A DNA stretch of 64,000 nt from Perna viridis (Eukaryota), in assembly GCA_037379345.1 (NCBI GenBank), contig CM074515.1, positions 51,093,743 through 51,157,742 on the forward strand, written 5' to 3'. The translations under genes and the position numbers were made by a program. The notes under the pieces were generated by a model that was given only the letters and a program-made list of their open reading frames with translations, was not told the origin of the DNA and made no database searches. Shown piece by piece: positions 13,478-25,829 of this stretch. Position 1 is the stretch's first letter, and each line of letters begins with the position of its first letter.

Positions 13478-14620
13478 CATTTGTTTTAATTCTTGAACTC
13501 AGAGCATCTAATGAATAGAGAAGCAACTACTGGGAAAAGCTCAATAAATGTTATACCAGATAGAACGGATTTATGTTTCCAGTGATCTGACCAGCAGGCT
13601 TAGGTATATTTCCCATTAAAATATATAAAGCAAAGCCTACCCCATCTCCCTGCACTACAAATAAATAGTTCTACATCTGTACTTGAACACCATATCTGAT
13701 CAAGTATTTTAGTAATAGTTTGTAAGGAACCTCATCCAAATTCTCAAGACTTCTTTCATTGTTTTGGCATCCCTAATACACGTAGGATAATAAGATGATA
13801 AGGTCTCCTTAGATTACAGGTTGTATTGATAAGCCGTATGCAAAAGGCACGACCAGGAACAAACGTCGGACAAGCGATATTACATTTCCAAATTAAAGAC
13901 TGCAAGTCTTTCAAGGTAACCATTTTACTTTCAAGAAATAATTCAATCTCATTTTTTGTATCGTTTATGTACTTTATCGTTTTGAGATCTCATAATCTGA
14001 GTGGTGTCAAATTCAATACATAAAAATAACAGATTTTCTGAAGGATGGACTGTTTTGTCTAAGATGTCCGATTTCATTTATAGCAGAATTTGTTTAAAGT
14101 TAGTAGTGTTAAATATCATTGTTTACATCCAGTTCCTGCTTTTCCACCAAATAAAATATCAGCTAAGTAATGTGAAATAAACTTGCTGTTATATCTTTCT
14201 TGTACAAACCATAGCTATAGAAAAAATTAAGGTCTAAAAATATATTTACATCTGATTGATGCACCAAGTGGTGAACAACACTTATCGAAATAGTATTCTT
14301 TTTTAAATTTAACTCCAATTACAGTAAATTCCAATGAGCCTGAATGCTGATTTACTCAGCGCACTTTAATATAAAAAGCATTTGGACTATAGCTTTGAAT
14401 CCGCTTTGTTTGTATTTTCAGCAGTAGAATAATGTACAATGTAAAATGATTATCTTTGTAAATAGTCATTGATAAAATTGTTTGGTAAAGAACAGGTTAT
14501 AAATTAATCTGAATGCATTACATACATGTAATGTCATAGGTATAAGGACAATTGGTGAAGAACCGAAGGTAGGTTACAGAGGGTTAGACCATGTACCAGA
14601 TATTGATTTTACTTTGTTGT
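13478..14620 (-). mobile_element. Degenerate DIRS/Ngaro-like retrotransposon RT-RNase H
   Basis: Minus-strand motifs KSAFRL, EYYFDKC..LGASI, HYLADILFGG (decayed YLDDF), VTLKDLQSLI..VPGRAFCIRLI, GITFIELFPVV (RNase H). Confidence 0.8.
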
Positions 14621-15174
14621 GTGTGTTGAAACTGAAAGTCAAGCCCTCGCTAACACTGGCGGTGCTACTTATTTAAGGCTGTTCCTGTGTCTGGGAGTTT
14701 TTTTATTCTTCTCACAGGAATACAACTTGGACCCTACTGATCAGGTCTATTGCCGCTTAATGTGTTTAAGACTGATCAAAAATGGTTCCACTGGATCGGA
14801 AGAGGGTTTTGGGTCTCTACTGGTAGAGATTGGTTGTTGATCCTTGTGAATGATGGTGATTACAGGCTTATGAGTAGTAATGGCCGTCAATATAGATCAT
14901 TTTAATGACCTTCTCTATGGGGTTTTCTATAGTAAAATGTGCACTCTAGCGTAAGGTATGTAAGGAGCAGTCTTCAACATAGTGGACACCTGGTTGTGCA
15001 ATGTGATGACTAATGGTCTATTATTGACTGTCTGTCATCCATGAACCAGTTTGACCATTTAATGACAGCTTGTATTGATTGATTGATATTGATACCGATA
15101 TAACTTTAAATGTCTATGTGTTATTTCTGATTTGAATGGTATTGTTATATGGACAACCAGGACTGTTTTATAGT

Positions 15175-18100
15175 GTTGCAGGTTAAGTGGATAATCTCCT
15201 GTCTTAAATCATTTGATTGATATTTTCAATCTATAATAGTAATGGTCTCTTCAATGAGAGCTTTTTTAATGGTATTGTTGATATATGTCAATAAGCTCTT
15301 GACCGACTGATGTAATATCGTTGTGTAATACTCAAATTTAAGATAATTATTTGGTTGACTTGATGTACGACTTTGTAAGGGAGCAGGTGTCGTTTGCTCG
15401 TGTACTTCTTTGTCATATTGATTTTCACTATCGTGTAGGTGTATTTAAAAGGTCATGCCACTTGTTTTCATTTATGTTCATTCACTCGAAGGTTTCCAAG
15501 TCGAGTTAATTCTCTTTAAATAACAACGCTTTACAAAATAACGCTATTTATAACGAATTCTTTGATCATGTTTCCAGCAACTTCATTCGTCAGATCTCCT
15601 AAGTAATCTCCAAGAAGTGGTTTTCATTCTCCATCTTTGCTTTTGATAGTATGGTATCACAGTAGAGAGCACGGAGTCCAAGCTGTTCAAAGAAACTGTA
15701 CAGTTTTAGTGGAGCCTGAGCTGTGGTATAGGCAGCGTCTGTTTGGTTTGAGGGGGCTTAACTAAGGGATCCTTTTTTTCACTTTCCGGTCAAAGTCACA
15801 TTCCCATTTGCTAACATATTTGTAACCCTAATCTTCTTTGTAATGTTGTTTTGCAATTGTACGCTGCTGTGTGTCTGGCGTAACACCTAAGGCATCCATG
15901 CCAGAAGCATCCATGGAATTCGTAAACCGTTCTATCTGCATATCCATCCACTCTATATGGTCCGATTTATTGTTCTCCTCAGTGCTGAGGCATTCTTAAA
16001 ATGGATCAACAGGTGTTCCATCAATGGCTTCAGTGGTGTCCATGAATAACTGACTGAAGGTTAAACAGGCCTTTCGTAAGATATATACACCAGTTTTACA
16101 GTACTTCTAAAGCTCGTCTTAAAAGTCGAATGTATCTCGTCTGTGTTCCGTCGTACAATGTCATAAAGTTGTCTCTTTCGGCTGGTTTCATGGCCTCTGG
16201 GTCATAATATCGTATGTCTGGTAAGTGTTGTAGCTTGATATCTTCATGTTCCTTCATATTGTACATGTGAGGAAAGTACACCTTATGAATTTCTGTGAAT
16301 CCAAACATCTTAGGACGCTTAGACGGAGGAGTTGGTGGATAGGTCAGTAAATTAATCATTCGTATCTTACATCCTGGCACGTCTATCGTGATGTCCGTTG
16401 GAGTAATCGTCGGTTTCAAACCATTTTTGTACAAGTATTGTAGTATTGGGACGAAATCATATCCTGTAAAGTTATGACACAGCACGGTAGCTCCTTTGAT
16501 GATACCGGAAAATAACCACAAACAAAATGCTCCGCAGATGTTGCAGGAAATCTCTTGATTGACGTCTTTATCTAAGCAGCTCGTACTAATTCTATCAACG
16601 TTTTGGTCAATGTTCATAAGATCTAAAGGTCGATATCTTGCAAAGTATACAATAACCAGGTCGGAATCTATGTTTGTACCGCATCTATTCGTCTTGTGTA
16701 CATTCAAAGGCAAAAATAATGTAGGTCTGCATTTTGCTGTGTCCTGCGTTATGTCCCTCTAGATGGTCATATCACAAACGGTACAGTAGTAAACTCGTGA
16801 ACGGAACCCTTTCATGGTCGTGATGACGTCTAAATGGTCGTCGTTTTGATATGAGTATAGGTTCTCCTCTGCTTCCGGTCGGGATAATTGATTCTGTTAA
16901 AATGTTGCTTCGAAACCACATAAATCTGGTACTCATTCAAATATTTCTCGAATTATATGAGTTCTTCGATTCCACACTTCTGTAGAGGAACCCTCCACAC
17001 GACCATGTAATTCTAGAGCTAGCTCTTCTTGTATTTGTTTTCCTTTTCAGTCGAATTGAATTCCACAGGGAATGATTTTTAGTCGGGCTCTAGCGGTCGT
17101 GATTGATCGAGCGCAACAGATGTAGAATAGTTTCGACTTTGTATAATGGATCGCGTATCGTTCAAAAATTTATCGGTGTCCATGAAATCAACCCTTTTCC
17201 TTCTTTTTCCGGTTGGCATAGCCACATGAATGATCTCAAACGCCAACGTTTCATCCAGTATAAATTCTTCATATGATTGAAGGACACGTTCAATCTCGCG
17301 TAGCAGGAGTTCAGTTCGCCGGTAGGTTGGTTCACTTGAACACAAGGTAGAGTTATTAAAAAAACCAGGGTTGTTAATGGTCACCTTAATCAGGTCCTTT
17401 CGGTTGACGAACTCTGTAAAATCGAATCGAACGGCTTTCGGAAAAATTATAGTATTGATTCTATATTCCCTTCTTCTACTGCTTTAATTTGTTCTTTATA
17501 TTCTGTAGTCGTCGTGTTGAATCTGGCAATGTGCATTCGCTATTGCATGCTTATAGTATACATGTCTTTGATTTTGTCTGACCTGCAGTACTTCTAATCC
17601 ACCCATTTGATGCTGATGATACTCGTGACGTCTAAGGTTATCTATCATGTCGAAGACCATACGACCCACGGTGCAATGAAATTCAACTTCATCCCGATGT
17701 CGTTTAGGTTTTTACACTCCGTTTTGTAGAAGATGTTATGGTTCTTGAGCAGTCTGAAGTATTGTTTCTTATATGTCTTCGATAGAATCAATGCTGATAC
17801 ATGTACACGAATTCGATAACTAATTTATACATGTAGATTAAGTATAGAATGTACCAACGACGTTGACAGCTTGCAATTTTGTTTAAGACTGATGTTTATA
17901 CTCCTGACTTCTACTATTTATACTCAACGCATCGTCGTGTATAAGCTAAAATAAGGCGTTGACGCCTCGAGGTGTTTTGCAAAACTGAATTTTCACCGTG
18001 CACCCCCTCTTTTTTATACTTATTTACAACAATTCGACACTCTTATTTTAATAGATATTATAACAGGCGTTACAATTGGTCGATAAATACATGTACGAAA

Positions 18101-18240
18101 ATGTTTAACAAGTGTTTCCATTGGCCTTTATGTACATGTATCATAACTGCTAACAAGTGTTTTCAATGATAAGTATATACATGTACCAATATTTGTAAAC
18201 GAGTGATTTTATTGGGAAATATATACATGTACCAATATTT
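15175..18240 (-). mobile_element. Decayed Polinton/Maverick-type protein-primed PolB gene with flanks, copy A
   Basis: N-terminal C2H2-like segment (~17620-17700), exonuclease II CHNFTGYDF, KVYFPHMYN, VSR-like DGYA..VYEFHGCFWHGC (~15890-15950), LYCDT (~15660). Large internal deletions. Inverted homolog of 19484-24290. Confidence 0.88.
17887..17922 (-). promoter_or_regulatory. Putative TATA plus initiator core promoter of PolB copy A
   Basis: TATAAATA (17922-17915) followed ~30 nt later by TCAGTC, upstream of the PolB frame; conserved in copy B. Confidence 0.5.
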
Positions 18241-19783
18241 TACCTACAGGAATCTGATATATTTTCAAAGGAAGGCATCATACATGTACCTACATGTAGG
18301 TTGCAGAACTTCTTTAAACCATGTACCGATAATTGAATGATAACACAAATATCAATCACCAATGCGATAGTTCTAAAAAAAAAAAAGAAAGATAATTTGT
18401 AAAATGCTATAGCACGTTTTTGTCTCCGTACTTTTGACAATAAACATAACTAAAGCGTGATAGCCTAAACGAATAGTGATTCAAATACCTCTATATTGAA
18501 TTCTTACTCGATCCGGGAATAAAGATGTTGTCTGCAAAAATATTATTACGTCAATTGTAATGATTCAACATACAGTATATTGAAAAAATCTTATTATAAA
18601 TGATGTTACCTATTACATTCCTTGTTTACTATAAGTCCAAAAGTCTAACAGTAAATTAGTTAATTCAAGTGATCTTTAAGAGTTAATGATCCGAACAATA
18701 AAAAAATTCTGTTCTATAGAATTCGATAGTCGACTAGCCATTCTATCATAATATAGGTTTATGGTCATATTCACGGGCATTCTCTTTTTGAACACATGAC
18801 TTGATGAATGAGTCATTTTGAATGTCTGATAATCGATGAACAAAAATATTTAAAGATTTCCACAGGTTATACAAGATTGTTGATACTCAAATAGTTGTTT
18901 GACAATTCAAACTTACAACGTTACTCTTTGAAAATCTTTGATGTTTTGTATTGATAATAACAGAAAACCTTACGTTGAAATATGTTTAAGAGAATAAACT
19001 TTGGACAATTTGTTCCATAATATCCCTTAATAGCTCTGAATTGAAACTTGTAAAAAAAACTAAATTTACTAAGGTTAACCAATGCTGTTTTTTCCAAAAG
19101 GTATTGTAATTTTTTATCGTTCTGTTTTCTTTGAGAGCTGATGTGATAATGACGAAATCGTTTCGCAACACATAAATTTACTAGATCTTGATTTGATTTC
19201 GATTGAAAGATAAGCGCACATGACATTAAGTCAAGTCCGGACTTGCAACTTGCATTAGCAGTTTACAATAAAATTTTACTTTTCCTTTTGTTCATTCATT
19301 TCGTAGAACAAAGTGTGTTTTTTCTTTCAAAATGTTGAAACAGCAAGGTTTTGTTTATAATTTGTACCCTTGATCGTTTGCTATTCAATGCGTAACTTTC
19401 CAGTAAACAAAAGTTGAAGCAAAACTGAAATTTTCTTTCAAAAATGACTGTGTAAGAGTAATCAATTCATGGAGAGCTAAATTATTGGTACATGTATTTA
19501 TTCCCAATGAAATCACTCGTTCACAAATATTGGTATATGTCATTTAAAATACTTGTTAAAAATTATGATACATGTATATATAGGCAAATGGAAACACTTG
19601 TTAAAACTCATCGTACATGTATTTATCGACCAATCAGAACGCTCGTTATAATATCTATTAAGTAAAGTATCGAACTATTGTCAATTAGTATAAATAAGAT
19701 GGGTGCCATGGTGAAAATTCAGTTTTGAAAACACCTCGAGGCGTCAACGCCTTATTCCAGCTTATACACGACGATGCGTTGAG

Positions 19784-19818
19784 TATAAATAGTAGAAATC
19801 AGGGGTATAAACTTCAGC
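19784..19818 (+). promoter_or_regulatory. Putative TATA plus initiator core promoter of PolB copy B
   Basis: TATAAATA at 19784-19791 and TCAG ~30 nt downstream; mirror of 17887-17922. Confidence 0.45.
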
Positions 19819-22425
19819 CTTAAACAATATTGCAAGCTGTCAACGTCGTTGGTACGTTCTATACTTAATCTACATGTATAAATTAGTTAATGGATCAATG
19901 GAATTTCCCATAACTCTAACGTTTGTTCAAGTGCCCCAATTTTCCGGCTAAATCCTGTTACACGAGATTTAACGTGTTCTTCAATCCCAGAAGAATGTAC
20001 ATTGGATGAGACGTTGGCGTCTGAGATCATTTATGTGGCTATGCCAACCGAAAAAAGAAGGAAAAGGATTGATTTCATAGACACCGATAATTTTTTGAAA
20101 GATATGCGGTTCATTATACAACTTTGTAACAAAGACAACCTCTATTGCGCTCGAGAAATCGTGACTGTTAAAGTCCGACTAGATAATCATCCCCGGTGGA
20201 ATACAATTCGACTGGGAAGACAAATACAAGAAGAGCTAGCTCTAGAATTACATGCTTGTGTGTGTGTGTGTGTATGGGGGGGGGGGTCCTCTACTGAAGT
20301 GTGGAATCGAAGAAATCAAATAATTCCAGAAATACTTGAATGAGAACCAGATTTATGTGGTTTCAAAGGAACATTTTAACAGAATCAATTATGCCAGACC
20401 GAAAGCAAAGAGGAAACTATATAAATATTCCCACGACGACCATTTTCACGTCATCACGACCATGAAAGGGTTCCGTTCACGAGTACTGTTTGCCAAAAGA
20501 GATATGACCACTTAGAGAAAGATGCTTGTAATGATGCATATCAATGCTGTAATAAAACAAACCAAGTCGACAAAGAAGAGAAACGGATCAACTGTATCAA
20601 TTGCGATCGGTACTTTAAGGTGAAAGAAATGCTACTATCTTTTCAAAAAGCAGACGACCGGAGGATATTCTATTTGCAAAACGTCAAACTCTCAACAATC
20701 TATTGGTCAAACACGTCCACAAATGTGGGGAAAAGTATTGTAAAACATGCAAGCACTACTTGGGTGATAGCCACCATAGTTATATCATACCCTGTGGATA
20801 ATGCAAGATGCACACTTACATTATTTTCGGCTTTGAATGTACACAAGACGAACAGGTGCAGTGCAAAAATGGAATCTGACCTGGACTCAATGTTATTGTA
20901 AACATTGCATGAAATCGACCTCTGGATCTTATGAAATTCGACCAAATCTTTGTGTTGTGCATGAAGTTTGTACGAGATGTTGAGAGAAAGATGTCAACCA
21001 ACCTGTGACAACTGCGGAGCGAACGAACTCATATTTAAAGGGGAAGAAACAACAGAAGCATTTTGTTCGTGGTTAGTTTCTGATATCAACAAAGGAGCTA
21101 CCGTGCTTTAAATGATATGATTCCGTCCCAGTACTGCAATACTTGTACACAAAATGGAGTGAAATCGACGATAATTCCAAATGGTGGAAAAGAACATGGC
21201 AATAGAAGTGCCTAGATGCAACATACGAATGACCGATTCACTGAACTATCTACCATCTACTCTGTCTAAGCTTCATAAAATGTTTTGATTCACAAAACTT
21301 CATAAGGGATACTGTCCTCACATGTACAATATGAAGGAACATGAAGATATTAAGCTACAGCACTTACCAGACAAACGATATTATAACACAGATGCAATGA
21401 AACCAGCCGAGTGAGACAACTCTATGACATGGTACGAGGAACATGGGATACCTTCGACTTTCAAGACGAGCATTTGAAGTACTTTAAAACAGATGTATAC
21501 GTCTTGCGAAAGGCCTGTTTAACCTTCCATCAGTTATTCATGGACATCACTGAAGCCATTGGCAGAACACCTATAGATCCATTCAAAGAATGTATCAATA
21601 TTGCATCGGCCTGCAACCTCGTATTCAGATCTAAATTTCGGTAATCAAGACCATTGGACTCATGCCAGCCATCGGATATCGCCCCGGGTATAAACATTCG
21701 ATTAAAGCCATGCAGTGGCTCAAATACATGTCAAAATCAATAGGCATACATATTCAACATGCACAGCACGGAGGAGAACAATACATCGGACCTTATAGAG
21801 TGGATGGATATGCAGATGGAACGGTTTACGAATTTCATGGATGCTTCTGGCAATGTTTCCTTAGATGTTTCGCCAGAGACACATTTAATCCCGTCAACGA
21901 TATGACTATGAACGATTTACACCAACATACAATTGAAAAACAACGATACACAAAAGATCAGGGATACAAATATGTATCCTCCTCGAACCAACAGACGCAT
22001 TTGCAGGAGGACGTACGGAAATATTTGCGTTATATCATGAAGTGTCAGAAGATCGGATCGACTACTATGACGTCACCTCCTTATACCCCTTCATCAACAA
22101 GACTCTGGAAAAGTACCACTCGGCTATCCTGAAATAATTACGGAGAATTTTAAAGGCATCGAGAACTACGAAAGATTGATCAAATGTAGAATCCTGACAC
22201 CAAGAGGACTTCACATACCAGGTCTTCTTGTCAAAATTAACAACAAACTGATGTTTCCGCTAGGCAGGACATGTGCCGAAAACCATTAAACCGAGTGTTA
22301 CCATACCGACGACGAAAGGACATTAAATGGAACATAGGTAACAGATGAAATAAAGAAAGCTCTGGAGATAATATATGACACTAAAAAGATTTATGAATTC
22401 CGGCATTTTGAAGACACAGATAGAG

Positions 22426-22939
22426 TTTGTTTTGTTTGTTTGTTTGTTGGGGTTTAACGTCCGAGTAGCAATATTTCAGCTATATTCAGACAATGAACAT
22501 GAAATGGATATAATGAACATGAAATGAAAAAAAAAGGATGGGTCACAAGGATAATAGGGTCGATAAATTTTGATTGCCACTGGAAAAAGGGGGGATGGGT
22601 AAGATCGGGCAATTTAGCCTCCTGTGGCGGAGCGCAAAGGTTCCTACTCCTATCGAATACCACAGCAGGGTTCTTTAACGTGCGAGGAACGTGGTATCTT
22701 TCCCAACACGGTGCACCACTATGGTTTGCGGTCAGGTTTTCCGTATTATAGCTTGACAACCCCAGCATGTAACACGCCAGGGGTACCCCATTCCACCACC
22801 TGGGGCACACATCCCAGTTGCTCTGTGGGCAGAGCGCCCTAGCCCCCGACTAAGGTTCTGAGCACTATTTAGTCGCCTTTTACGAGAAGCTTAGCGCTGC
22901 TGCAGGCCTATTCTTTTAACACCCGGACCTGCACGGGGC
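22426..22939 (-). mobile_element. Full-length SINE copy 2 (514 bp), inserted in PolB copy B
   Basis: 11-bp TSD CACAGATAGAG (22415-22425 and 22940-22950); collinear with 11425-11949; same 5' end GCCCCGTGC; (AAAC)n tail. Confidence 0.93.
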
Positions 22940-25829
22940 CACAGATAGAGATACGAACCTAAAACCAAAAGCGGTGGCCTATGTACAGATTCTGTAAATA
23001 CATTTCTACACCTCAAGCAGGAACCGAGTGGCTGGCCAGAATGGTGTCAGACAGAAAAAGAGAAGGCACGAATTTACCACGATTACAATTACGATGACAA
23101 TTACCACGAAAAAGAGGGAATTTTACTAGAGTACAAGAATCTCGGTATGAGAAACTTGGCAAAACTCAAATTGAACAGGTTTTGGGGAAAATTCGGACAG
23201 CCATCGAACATATGTCAACTAAAATACGTAACAGACACGGCTGAGTACTTTGATATGCTACCAAACGATAAGATCGACGTAACTGGGATCAACTGTGTTA
23301 CAGTGGTAACAATGGTGAAATGGTAGAAATGCGATGAAAGTTTGAGGGAGAGTTTGTTGAAACATCAAATCGAACAAATGTAGTCATCGCTGCCTATACC
23401 ACAGCTCAGGCTCGACTGAAACTGTATACCTCCTTGAAACAGTTTGGACCCCGTGCTCTCTACTGTGAAATCGACTCCATAATATTCAAAAACAAAGAAG
23501 GAGAATTGAAACCGACCCTTGGAGATTATTTTGGAGACCTGACGAATGAAGTACTCGAAAACAATATAAAAACTTTCCGTGACAGGCGGCCCGAAAATCT
23601 ATGCATTCAATTCATCCAAACCACAAAATGATGGAACAATGCCCTGCTATAAAGTGCGTGGAATTACGTTAAATTTCAAAAACGCCTTTTAAAGTAACTT
23701 CAAATTACTGAAAAAAAATGATAGTGAACGGATCTGAATGCATCACAGTAGAAGATGACAGAATAATTAGAAGGAATGAACAATTATTGAAAGATTTTCG
23801 AATGGTCTTCGATAAACGCTCTGTTAAGAAGGACTCGTACCAAAGCTATCCGTATGAATATTGGATTGTAAAGACATTGTGGGGTCTCCGACCCTCATTG
23901 TATCATATGACCAGGAAATACACTAACGAATCTGTTATAAACTGTTGTTATTAAAAGAGGGGTAACTCGACTGGGAAACCTGCGGGTGAATGAAATAAAA
24001 TGTTATGACCTTTCAAAAACACTTAACGACACAATGGTGAAAATCAATAAGACAAAGTATACAAGCAATCGACACCTGCCCGCTTACAAAGTTGCATATC
24101 AAGTCAACTAAATAATTAACTTAAATTTGAATATTACACAACGAGATTACATCTGTCGGTCGGGTGTAAATTGACACATACCAGCATTACCATTAAAAAA
24201 AGCTCTCAATAAAAAAACCCATTACTATTGTAGATTGAAAAGATCAATCTATAGTTTTAGATAGGTTATTATCCCTTTAACCCGACAATTGATGACTAGC
24301 AGCATTCTTTGTTGCCAGTCTTCGATTTTTTTTTTAAGTTTCATTCATTCCTATACGTTAAACTATTATTGAGCAAGTCCATGGGCTAGGAGGGTCCACC
24401 ATGCACCCCCATCCCCCACCCCCCACTTATCAACTTCATGGTGATTTGTAGGTACCTTTATACCTCCCATTACCGAATCGATTTGTCGCCAAAGAATAGT
24501 ATGGGATTCTTTTTCAGTATAAGCCTATATGTGTACCCCAATGGGTCAAAAAGCCAAGATTGTTGTGACTCAATTGGTTGAGGGTCTAAGCCTTCCTAAA
24601 CTTAACATATTTAGACACTATCCAAATGTCTCACCTTTACAATGATACCAAGAAAGTTGCGGTAGCACTTAGGGTTTGGTGGTAAAATGATATAAATGTA
24701 CTCCTACCCTGCCAAAAAATTGCTTAAATTTACATATTTTTCAATGTCAAAACCCCCAGAGTATTAATGCTTCTGTAAAAAAAAATGACATATTTGGTAC
24801 TTTCTGTTTAGTACATCACAATTTATACTTCTATGGTTCTATTGACGATTTTTGGCTATTTTCGTAGTCAGAAAAAAGGCGAAAAATGGGAATTTCGATT
24901 TTTTGGTCAACAGTCACATAAATTCGACTCAACAAGTTATGACTCGACTATAACGTCTCAAATTTAGTATCACGCGATAGATAATTTAATTTCCTTAAGA
25001 AAGAAAGCACGAAAGACTACTTTTCAAGAGAGGATTTTCAAAAAATGTAAAAAATATTACCCTACCCCTAGAAAACTGGTCTCAGTATCAAACAAAATTT
25101 TCATTCACAGCTTACTGACATTGTAGAACATATTTTAGGCATTCGTATTTAAGATATTGAAGTTTCGAACATGTCTGCATCAATTCAGGCGCTTAGATTT
25201 TCCTTTTAGGATGACAATTACTATAAAATCGGAAAAAAGGGGATTTTTTTAAGAATTTCAGAATTTAACATATGAATATTAGAAAATTGATTTTATATGG
25301 TTTAAGTTCAAAATAATACTGTCACAATATATTCACATCATTTAAATACGGCATACATCATTAATGTGTTTGCTGTTTAATACATATATAATCAGAAAAT
25401 TGTGCCCACACCCACAGAACGACCAAATATTTTCACGTATGATTAACTGTGTTATGAAGACCGTTTTCGCTGAATATAAAACTGTCATGTGCATGGTAAC
25501 GCTGCCAAACCCGGAAACCATCTGATCATAGAGACATGTCAGGAATAAATTAAAGTATCAATGTAGTTTGTAACCTTGACGTTAATATTGAGACTAGCAA
25601 GAACAGTGACTCCAAAGGTTAACATAAAAATCGATATTTTGTCTGTGGTATATTTATCGTCTACTGAGTTGGGAATGTATCACTTTCTCGACCAGAGAAA
25701 CGTTAAGTAATATAAGGTGACATTTTTACATTTCTCCGAAAATCCTACTTCAAAAACAAGTTTGGCGCAGTTAAATGTCTCATGTGAAAACAGTTAGATT
25801 CTAAACAATCGTATTTTTTTTTTTTTTTT

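Larger units (their letters stand above)
19484..24290 (+). mobile_element. Decayed Polinton/Maverick-type protein-primed PolB gene with flanks, copy B
   Basis: Exo I YIIFGFECTQD (~20820), DSLNYLP, Exo III YFKTDVYVL, VSR-like insert IQHAQHGGE..VDGY..YEFHGCFW, motif A YYDVTSLYP (22063-22089), motif B AKLKLNRFWGKFGQ (~23160), motif C LYCEIDSI (~23460). Stops, frameshifts and a SINE insertion. Confidence 0.92.

Noticed and set aside
22861-22939. Calling the SINE head a pistol or HDV ribozyme
   Set aside because: The pistol P2/P3 and GU cleavage junction and the HDV P1/P3/P1.1 order cannot be built; left as an unclassified structure.
19484-24290. Functional viral DNA polymerase or domesticated gene
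   Set aside because: Multiple stops and frameshifts, mutated catalytic motif (YCEIDS) and a SINE insertion.
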